In this document: piece after piece, positions 1 through 8,200 of the stretch
Layout: each line of letters opens with the position of its first letter
How positions within the stretch are numbered: the first letter of the stretch is position 1
Assembly: GCA_048882505.1 (NCBI GenBank)
Contig: JBHLRO010000026.1
Coordinates: forward strand, 627 to 32,626
Direction of reading: 5' to 3'
Source of the DNA: Candidatus Thorarchaeota archaeon
GTDB taxonomy: Archaea > Asgardarchaeota > Heimdallarchaeia > Hodarchaeales > Hodarchaeaceae
Length of the DNA stretch: 32,000 bases
The notes under the pieces: model-generated
What the model was told of the DNA's origin: nothing
The model's input: only the letters and a program-made list of their open reading frames with translations
Database searches by the model: none
Program-made: the position numbers and the translations under genes

Positions 1-357
1 AAACAAGAGTCTTTAATTGAAGCGTATCGCTGGGCATTGGAACAAAAATCAGATCAGATTCGAGCAATTTTTAGATTTTTATCATTATCAACGAATTATC
101 CCTTGGTCATTCATTGTTACGCAGGAAAGGATCGGACGGGGATTATTGTCGCGCTAATTCACCTTCTCCTTGGGACTCGAAAAACATTAATCATTCAAGA
201 TTATTTGATTTCAAGTACAAACGCGAACCGAGACGCGATTTCATTTCTTATTGATTTCATTGAGGATAAGGGGGGAATAGAAAAGTATCTAACATTCATC
301 GGAATTTCTGGTGACGAGCAGAAAGAAATCCAAAATTTGCTCTTGAGATCTGACTGA
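1..357 (+). CDS. Protein tyrosine/dual-specificity phosphatase (Y_phosphatase3-like), 5'-truncated by the window edge
   Basis: The frame is open from base 1 (KQESLIEAYRWALEQK...) and contains the PTP signature HCYAGKDRTG (CX5R). Confidence 0.85.
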   Translation, partial: KQESLIEAYRWALEQKSDQIRAIFRFLSLSTNYPLVIHCYAGKDRTGIIVALIHLLLGTRKTLIIQDYLISSTNANRDAISFLIDFIEDKGGIEKYLTFIGISGDEQKEIQNLLLRSD

Positions 358-543
358 ATCACGGCGAATCAGGTTGTTCTCAGGGGAAGCTGAAACCAGG
401 AGTGGAGTAAAAACTTAGATTATTTTAGAAATAGGTATAGAAATACGCTGATATCTCCGCATCGCAAGTTTTAAGTGCGCCCTTTGATAAGTTTAAAAAT
501 GATAGAGACCAAAATGTCATAAAACACCATGTTGGTTTGAAAT

Positions 544-1134
544 TTGGCTCTCGATCCGATTCAGCTAATATCCAAAACACTTGTGGATTGGAACTTCATT
601 GTGCTGATCATAGGGGGACTCCTCGCAGCATCATGGTTGATTGTGCGGTTGGCAGGCGTAAGTGCAGAGGATCTGTCAAGTACCGTGGAAAAACTAGCGA
701 TTCTCGGGTTAGTGGTTGGAATCATTTCCCTGATCACCATTGGGGCTGGGATTTATCTTTCCTCTTACAATATAATGGGAGATACTCCGTTTGATATAAT
801 AACAATTGTATGCTTAGTATTACTTGGACTGATCCTAATCTTGCGCCCTATCAAGGATTTTAGGTTCGGAGCCTTCCTTTCCCTAGCGATTGGGTCATTG
901 GGTGCGGGATTTCTTGTCTTGTTTGGAACCGATTCTGTTAAATTATTGGCAGGAGCTTTTCTCCTATTATTTTTCGTTATTTACGGGGCTACAAGACTAG
1001 TAGAGGACCTTTATCTCCTTATTGCTGAAACCCTCTCTTCTCCATTAATTTCCATCGGGATTGGCATCATATGCGTGCTACAGGGAGTGCTGGAGCTTCT
1101 TAGCACTTCAATCCTTGTAATATTCGGGGGATAA
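544..1134 (+). CDS. Polytopic membrane protein of unknown function (about 6 TM helices)
   Basis: 196-aa ORF made almost entirely of hydrophobic segments; TTG start; TATA-like aagtttaaaaat at about 489-500. Confidence 0.75.
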   Translation: MALDPIQLISKTLVDWNFIVLIIGGLLAASWLIVRLAGVSAEDLSSTVEKLAILGLVVGIISLITIGAGIYLSSYNIMGDTPFDIITIVCLVLLGLILILRPIKDFRFGAFLSLAIGSLGAGFLVLFGTDSVKLLAGAFLLLFFVIYGATRLVEDLYLLIAETLSSPLISIGIGIICVLQGVLELLSTSILVIFGG

Positions 1135-1141
1135 CGTCTTT

Positions 1142-1654
1142 CTAGGCCTCTATTTCCAATCGTACAGGACTTTTTGAAATCAAACTTGCAATTTGTTCGG
1201 ATTGTTCTATCGGGAATCTTAAATTGGTAGGATCACCTTTCAAGGTAATTTTAAGCTCAATATCTCCGTCAGGGGGCACAAAAAGTTGATCGATTTCCAA
1301 AATTTCCAAAGGTGCGAAGAAATGGGTAAAGGCGGAGCGTTGTCCCGATCCGAGCTCCACAATTTCTATTTGACTATTTATCTGGTCTTCCAAAAACGCT
1401 TTAATGTCCTTGTTGTTCTGAATATTGGCGCCATTTCGTATTAGTAATACAATGGTGTCATCCTCGTCAATCTGATGTGCCCGAGAAAGTGTAACGTTTT
1501 GCAGGAGCTTGGGGTATTTTTGATCGGCCATACCAAAAGCTTTAGAGACCTCAACGTCCAGGGATGTGATCTTCTTCTTACGAAGTTTTAATTTACATTT
1601 CTTACATAGGATGCCAGTACGTGCGTCAAAAGCACAAATAGGCGTAATAACCAC
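1142..1654 (-). CDS. nusA2: Archaeal NusA-like protein with N-terminal Zn-binding motif (NusA2 type)
   Basis: N-terminal PICAFDARTGILCKKC matches the C-x2-D-x2-TG-x-LC-x2-C pattern of the archaeal NusA paralogue, followed by degenerate KH-like regions. GAGGT SD precedes the GTG start. Confidence 0.7.
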   Translation of the reverse strand: MVITPICAFDARTGILCKKCKLKLRKKKITSLDVEVSKAFGMADQKYPKLLQNVTLSRAHQIDEDDTIVLLIRNGANIQNNKDIKAFLEDQINSQIEIVELGSGQRSAFTHFFAPLEILEIDQLFVPPDGDIELKITLKGDPTNLRFPIEQSEQIASLISKSPVRLEIEA

Positions 1655-1675
1655 GATATTTACCTCACAGTTATC

Positions 1676-2602
1676 TCATAATAGATTTTTAAGCACAGCG
1701 GCAACAGTATGTAGCCGATTTTCAGCCTCATCAAAAACGACTGAGTGTTCACCATAAATAACCTCGTCTGTGACCTCTTCGTGATGCCGTGGAAGGCAAT
1801 GCATGAAAATATAATCATCGGCTGCATGCTGGACAAGCGAGGCGTTTACCTGATAACCTGCAAACTTTTGAAGTTTTTCTTGAGCTTGAGCTTCCTGTCC
1901 CATCGAGATAAAGGTATCAGTAACTACCACGTTTGCATCTTTAACGGCCTTAATCGGATCTAAAGTTGTTTCCACTTGATCGGGATCACTCTGGTTCTGT
2001 TTGCAGTATTCCACAATGGATGGATCAGGTTCATATCCTTCTGGTGTAGCAATACGCATGTTCATTCCCATTTTTACAGAGGCCAACATTAAGGAATGAC
2101 AGACGTTATTTCCATCGCCGATCCAAGCAATGTCTATATTTCTAAGTTCCCCTAAATGTTCCTTGATAGTTAGAATGTCCGCAAGACCCTGAAGAGGGTG
2201 AAACTGATCGGAAAGCGCATTGATTACGGGAATTCCTGCGTGCCTTGCTAGAGTTTCTATGTCTTGATGTGCAAAGACTCGGGCAAGAATTCCAGACACC
2301 ATCCGCCCTAATACTTTAGCAGTATCGTAAAGAGACTCATTTACACCGAGTTGAATATCATCCTTGCCCAAGAATAAAGCGTGGCCTCCTAGCTCGGCCA
2401 TAGCAGTTTCTGTCGAAACTCTTGTACGAGTAGAACGTTTCTGGAAAATCATTCCTAATGTTTTTCCATGTAAAGGCTTATTCCGGATGAATTCTGAACG
2501 ATGCGCCTTAAATTGGGAGGCCTCATCGAGGAGGAATTGGATCTCTTCTGATGCAAGATCCATCAATGTTAATAATGATCGTCCTCTTAAATCGGATTCC
2601 AT
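1676..2602 (-). CDS. argF: Ornithine carbamoyltransferase
   Basis: Motifs STRTR, HPLQ, GDGNNV, TDTFISMG, FMHCLP and EAENRLH. Confidence 0.96.
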   Translation of the reverse strand: MESDLRGRSLLTLMDLASEEIQFLLDEASQFKAHRSEFIRNKPLHGKTLGMIFQKRSTRTRVSTETAMAELGGHALFLGKDDIQLGVNESLYDTAKVLGRMVSGILARVFAHQDIETLARHAGIPVINALSDQFHPLQGLADILTIKEHLGELRNIDIAWIGDGNNVCHSLMLASVKMGMNMRIATPEGYEPDPSIVEYCKQNQSDPDQVETTLDPIKAVKDANVVVTDTFISMGQEAQAQEKLQKFAGYQVNASLVQHAADDYIFMHCLPRHHEEVTDEVIYGEHSVVFDEAENRLHTVAAVLKNLL

Positions 2603-2651
2603 TTTTATCTCTCTTTTGAGTTTCTATTGAATTGCAGTTTGTCGAGTGCTT

Positions 2652-2954
2652 TCAGGAGGATGTTCCACCATGGATCACGGGGATGAAGGCCAACGTGTCA
2701 TTTTGTTGAACCAAAGTATCCATACCAGACAGGGCAGAGATTTCCTGGTCATTTAAAAAGACCAGTAACGACCGTTTCACTTCTAGGGCTTCAGAGAAGA
2801 AACTACGTAACTCCTCGTATTGCGGATCTTGGGTAAGCGCGGCCACGATTGACCTTACGCTAGTGTTGGTTTCGATTGGCCAGAGCAAGGAGGGTCGGTT
2901 AAGATCATGTCTGAGCGAACCTAGGAACTTTAGCTGTATTTTCTTGAGAACCAT
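2652..2954 (-). CDS. Ubiquitin-like beta-grasp sulfur carrier/modifier (Urm1/MoaD/SAMP family) with a 3-aa tail after GG
   Basis: LLVFLNDQEISALSGMDTLVQQNDTLAFIPVIHGG followed by TSS-stop. The ATG at 2954 is preferred over the TTG at 2969. Confidence 0.85.
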   Translation of the reverse strand: MVLKKIQLKFLGSLRHDLNRPSLLWPIETNTSVRSIVAALTQDPQYEELRSFFSEALEVKRSLLVFLNDQEISALSGMDTLVQQNDTLAFIPVIHGGTSS

Positions 2955-2995
2955 GGTTACATCATTCAAGAAATAAAGACATGCGCCGGCCGGGA

Positions 2996-3045
2996 TTTTT
3001 GGAAAACAGCCGTCAAAAACCTCAGAGGTTCAACATCTGCTTTCT
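2996..3045 (-). other. 50-nt non-canonical BHB tRNA intron at position 59/60 (T-loop)
   Basis: Outer helix is the T-stem; central helix UUCG/CAAA has one C.A mismatch; bulges AA^A and AA^U; inner helix GAAAGCAG/CUGUUUUC is capped by an AACCU/AGGUU hairpin. Confidence 0.88.
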
Positions 3046-3066
3046 TTCGAACCCGGGTTACCAGCT

Positions 3067-3086
3067 CACTCCAACCAATGAGGTTA
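3067..3086 (-). other. 20-nt canonical BHB tRNA intron at position 37/38
   Basis: Central helix CUCC/GGAG, bulges CA^U and UG^A, inner helix AACC/GGUU: a strict BHB. Confidence 0.93.
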
Positions 3087-3141
3087 TGGGAGGCTGGTAT
3101 CTTACCAGGCTGGATTACCGGCGCAAGAAACTATTCTTCAA

Positions 3142-3156
3142 TCATTAAAGATCATT
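3142..3156 (-). promoter_or_regulatory. Putative TATA/BRE for the tRNA-Gly gene
   Basis: Minus-strand AAATGATCTTTAATGA, with TTTAAT 20-25 nt upstream of tRNA position 1. Confidence 0.45.
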
Positions 3157-3341
3157 TTGGGTGCAAGAGATCATTACGGGGTGGATTCCCTGCGCATTAG
3201 ATCTATTTGCTTCCGCGTTATTTGTATTTTCTTTGTAATGCTGTTATTCTATCCTCCCCAAGGAAAAGAAACCGAGATTAGTGTTAATTGATCGTAAACA
3301 AAGATTTTTCGTTATACGATTTCAAAAACTGAATATGGAAT

Positions 3342-4121
3342 CTAGCGAAAAACATCGGTTGCAGGATCTCGCATTAGTTCTAGTGCTGAAGCCTCCGCTA
3401 CATTGTATTTTACTCCTCGTACAATTATTACTGGAGTTCCTTCATCAGCCTGCCCCATTACGAGTCCTGCTGCAGCTGCAACTTCATCAGCGCGAGCAAC
3501 GATTGTAGACACCATTTCATATCCATATAGATCTTTTCGCCCCCGATAATCTTCGAGAGGATGAATCCCAGCAATCCCAATTGCTACATTGGTAGTTCCA
3601 ATCCGTAATGGACGTCCAAATGTGTCAGAAATGATGACTGCGACCCTTTTTCCCAACTGTGTCTGTATATAATCACGGATCTTCCGAGCAGAATAATCTG
3701 GATTATCTGGAAGTGATATCACGGCATCACCAGGCGCGTTCGACTTGTCCACCCCACTATTAGCACAAACAAACCCGTGTGAGCCATGTTTGGTGGCTGT
3801 AATTAATACTCGATCATTCATCCGGACAATCTCATTCGTTTCTCTTAGGATTACTTCAATTTTGCGAGGATCTTTATCTTGCATTTCACCGATATGCTTA
3901 GCCAAGGGACTAGGTTCAATTTGGCCAAGATCAAAGATCTTTCCTTCGGCAATTGATACAATTGTGTGAGCTATAACGATGATATCATTTTCTCGAAGAT
4001 TTTCATGCCGCAAATTGGAAACAAGGATTTGTTCTAAATTATCCCCTGGCTTAATGAGGGGAAAATCATGAAGTGGAAATATTGTAACTGTCCCAAGCTC
4101 TGGCATTGATAGATCCCTCAC
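3342..4121 (-). CDS. cofE: Coenzyme F420-0:L-glutamate ligase
   Basis: Motifs PLIKPGDNL, DIIVIAHTIVSIAEG, GFVCANSGVDKSN, VIISDTFGRPLRIG and DEVAAAAGLVMGQADEGTPVIIVRG. Confidence 0.95.
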   Translation of the reverse strand: MRDLSMPELGTVTIFPLHDFPLIKPGDNLEQILVSNLRHENLRENDIIVIAHTIVSIAEGKIFDLGQIEPSPLAKHIGEMQDKDPRKIEVILRETNEIVRMNDRVLITATKHGSHGFVCANSGVDKSNAPGDAVISLPDNPDYSARKIRDYIQTQLGKRVAVIISDTFGRPLRIGTTNVAIGIAGIHPLEDYRGRKDLYGYEMVSTIVARADEVAAAAGLVMGQADEGTPVIIVRGVKYNVAEASALELMRDPATDVFR

Positions 4122-4245
4122 GTTAAGTTCAAAGAAGGTACCCTTTAGACAACCTCAGACCGCTCATCGTATATCATTACAGACTTTCTGCTCTTTCATT
4201 TGATTGTCATCACAGGCTGACCGAAAATCGCCATTATAATCCCGA

Positions 4246-4998
4246 TTATATTCCAAATTCAGCAGGTCGGGCCTTAACTTGTTCGGTGAGGTCTTTTAAC
4301 AACTGTTTGACCTTTTCGGTTTGAGAAGTGTTCCCAACTGCGTGATATTTCTCATGAGCTTTGGCCAGAAGATCAATGACTTCCTTTACGTTTTCGCGGG
4401 CGCTGATCAATGCTTTGGCGCGACGATATAATGCATGTGCCTCATAACGAGTTGGGTCTTCTCGCCCTTTCTTAAATTCCTCCACAGCTTTTTCTAAAAA
4501 AAAGGCCTTATCAAAGTCCGATTCCATAGCAGCCCCTCTTTGGACAAATGATCGCGCGCGAGCTCGCGCTGCCTCCATTTCCATTCCCACAGTCTGATAT
4601 AGTGCCCCTGCAGATTCAAAAAGACGGGCAGATTCAATAAATTCTCCATTTTGTGCTTTAACCTTGGCGAGTTCACCTTGAGTTTGGGCTTGTACGGTTC
4701 GCGCATGCTTAGCTTCATCACCAAATCCCTCAGTCGAAAAAGTTACGTTTGCTTTTCCGAAGAACCGGATAGCGTCGAGAAATTCTCCAGCCAACATATG
4801 AATATAACCTTGGGCGCAGAATTCATAGGCAGCTGCACGTCGGCTTAATTTCTTTTGATCGCCATCCGAAAGAAATTTGGCTGCCCGGTCGAAACATGAC
4901 TTGGCCTCCTCATACCGTTGGGCCTCGTAGAAGACCATACCTTGGTCGAATTCTTCTTGGCCTTTCTTTTGTTTTCCACTCTTTCTAAAAGAAACCAT
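4246..4998 (-). CDS. All-helical TPR-like protein, possibly of the SNAP (NSF-attachment protein) fold
   Basis: Repeated A-x2-[FY]-x2-A helices (EEAKSCFDRAAKF, DAIRFFGKANVTF, ESARLFESAGALY, KAFFLEKAVEEF). Confidence 0.65.
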   Translation of the reverse strand: MVSFRKSGKQKKGQEEFDQGMVFYEAQRYEEAKSCFDRAAKFLSDGDQKKLSRRAAAYEFCAQGYIHMLAGEFLDAIRFFGKANVTFSTEGFGDEAKHARTVQAQTQGELAKVKAQNGEFIESARLFESAGALYQTVGMEMEAARARARSFVQRGAAMESDFDKAFFLEKAVEEFKKGREDPTRYEAHALYRRAKALISARENVKEVIDLLAKAHEKYHAVGNTSQTEKVKQLLKDLTEQVKARPAEFGI

Positions 4999-5256
4999 TC
5001 TAAGGGAACTCCATAGATAATTTTTGAGAAAACGAGGATGGGAACGCTATAGTTGAATTTTCCTCCAAATTAAGGATGAAAACGCAGAGCATAAGAAGAT
5101 TATCAATCAATTAGGAAGTAAAGAAAGCCTAATAAGGAAAGCCTTGTATGGATACCCATCTTAGACTTATTCCCCCTGCATTCTTGAGAATCCCGAATTC
5201 AAAAGGTTCCTGGTGTCAACATCGCGACAGGGGTTGTTCACTTTGGTGGATCTAGA

Positions 5257-8200
5257 ATGAAGAAAAATCAATGTATTTCATTGTTCGCTCTCATGATTGT
5301 AGTGATTTTTGCAATTTCTACCCCGATTTTTCTCAATATGTATTCTACAGACCGCCTAGATCCAATTATCCCGTTTTTCCTTAGAAGATACGTGTCACCG
5401 TTACGAAAAGACCCTCCTCAAATACGCATCCCTGATGTTCAAACAGGAATCATCAGTTCTGGGGCTACTACTGGCCCTAATGCTCCTCGTCAACCTCGTC
5501 TTGAGATCGTGAATCAAAAACCAGTCTTTTTTCCAGGTGACAGCATTCGAGTCAGGAATCGCTTTAGTACAAATGAAGATCCCACATATGCTGTTCTCAA
5601 CTTGAATGTCTCTATTTATCTTCATAAACAGGGGTATTCCAGCCTAACAGATCCCAATCATTGGTTCAGGAATGAAACCACTAACTTTACCGCGCCTCTA
5701 CCGACAGTTCCTATTTCTAATGATCCATCCCAAGGGTGGATGGATGTCACTTTTCAGATTCCTAGTATTTCAGAACTTACAAACTATGGTATCGCATCAG
5801 GGGACAATGTAACGATTTATCAGTACTGTCAGCCTAACAATACAAAATTTTTGGAGGGACTTAGCCCCATCACGTTTGCAGACAACTTTACATTAAGTGC
5901 ATTCGCTTTGGTCGGAGCTAAAGGTACAGGTTTTGTAAATAATGCTACTAGCGATAGTACCTTTCGTCAAGGGGAAAATGCAACGGCTATTATTCGAGTT
6001 TTTGCAGGGTCGGACAATATTCCCAATGTATCTATCACTGCAACTCTTTATGATTCTTCCGACACACCTATTGCCAACAACACGAGTGGGATCACGTATT
6101 ATCTCACTAATTCTTCTGGAACTTCGCAAACATATACCGACGGGAATGGAGAGCTAAAACTTACTGTAAATACTTCCTACCCAACTGTACCTCAGGATAG
6201 TTATTATTTCAATATAACGGCAGATCTCTTTGGGACGGGGTATTTTTCACGATTTTATGATCCTGGTACTCCCAGTGTTAATATTGAATTTAATTCTGCC
6301 GATTTTAACTTCACGGTACAAAACGAAATGGACACCGTAGACCTCCAGCTGATTAGCGCCGTACCTCAACCCCTCGATCCCCCTAACCAAAATATCACAA
6401 TTGTAACATTCCGAGTTCGGGCCCTATATGTCTATGGTATTCCAGGCACCTATTATTATCCTGCAAACATGCCTGTCAACGTAACATTAAATTCCTACCC
6501 TGCAGGGGTTACCCTATCTATTGCAAAGGGTTTTACAGATAATGGATCGGCTGATTGGGCGCTTACCAATGGTTCGGGATATGTGGCGTTCAATATTACA
6601 GCTTCGTTTCCAACTCTATATTTGGATGATATTATCAAGAATATTACGGGGAGAGTTAATTTGCAGAACGATATTGCTCCTCAATATCCCTATCATACCG
6701 CTCTATCCCCACAACCGCATCGATTCATGAGAAATGCCACCAATGGAGTCAATGCTTCATGGACGGAGGCGATTTCAATTGATCCTGACTTTTGGGTAGG
6801 GAATATATACCTAGCATCTATTGATACTACAATTATCCGCCCTGGGGACTCTGCAAAACTGACGTTTGAAGTCAACTCGACCCAAGCACCAAGTGTTGAT
6901 TTTGCAGGTGTTCCTGTCAATGTTACTTTGAATGTACCCATTGCAGGGGTTTCATTAAGCTCCAGCAACTCCTTTGCGTATGGGGGGTATCGATTCACGA
7001 ATAATACGGGACATTATGAACTTCAGATCGCTACTACTTACCTAACCACGCCTGAGGTCGTTCAATCCATTGTCCTGGACATAATTGTGGATTTTGAAAA
7101 TGATTCAGAAGTCCGCTGGATTGGAACAGTAAATGGAGGAACTGCAACCTTAACTGAGTTTAACAACACATGGCGTACCGCACAATCATCAGCAGTGACC
7201 ATTCATCCTCAGTTCACGAATTTTTCAGTCAGTCTTGATACAACCAACGAAACGGGTGACACAACCATCCGTTCAGGTGATGGACTCACCCTCACATTTA
7301 AGGTTCAAGAAGAAGGGGGAGGTTCAGTTTTAGCTGACGTACCTGTCAATGTTTCTTTGGATAGTGCCTATCCAGGTGTATCTCTTACCAACATAGTAGG
7401 ATTACCTCATCCTAATTCTGGATATTATAATACCACAGGCGCGGGGACAATTACCGTAGAATTATCTACCACTTACCCGACAACACAGAAGAATCTTGAC
7501 ATCATCCTCAAAGTTTCCGCTGATTTCGAGAATGATTCCACCTCGAATTCGGTATGGTTTGTTGGTCAAAAACCCACAGGAGTAAACTTCAAGTCAAATT
7601 TCTCGTTTTCGGATCTAACCACCACGGTTCAGGTGAGGCCGCAATATTTCACTGGGGAGATCTTTGTTCCAGGGGGAACCAACCCTAATGCCACCCTTGT
7701 GCAGCAGGAAGAAACAGTTAGGATTGAATTTCGCCTACGTCTGGATTATTTGGGGACAAATTATGCTTCAAGTATTACGGGAGTAAATGTCTCGATCCTG
7801 ATTAACAATTCAAAACCATCGGATTGGAATATGCGTGTGTTAAATGTTACTTTGCTCGAGTCGCAATATCAAAATTCTCTTGCAAGTAGTGTGATTTTCT
7901 ATATCCAAACCAATGTTACTGGAATCACACCCGAAGCAGACTATAATATAACCGCTACGGCGGATTTTCTGGCCGCAAAGGGCCTCACCTATAATGTTAC
8001 TCAGTCAACCGTCCCTACAGGAAAACTTTTTGGGAGGTGGGTGAACGGTTCATTAAATAATGACAATTCATCCGTCACCCAATCGTTCAGGGTAGAAAAT
8101 ATCGATCGAATTACCGTTCATGTTCAGAGCCTTAACGATCCTTCTCATCCTGATGAAGGATTTAATGCGTCCTCTGGCTTCTATGAGGTCTATCGGGACA

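Larger units (their letters stand above)
2982..3124 (-). tRNA. tRNA-Gly(CCC) with two introns; exons 3124-3087, 3066-3046 and 2995-2982 (73 nt mature, CCA not encoded)
   Basis: Acceptor stem GCGCCGG/CCGGCGC plus discriminator A, D-arm ATC..GAT, anticodon stem CCAGC/GCTGG with loop CT-CCC-AA, and T-arm CCGGG-TTCGAAT-CCCGG all assemble once both inserts are removed. Confidence 0.95.
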
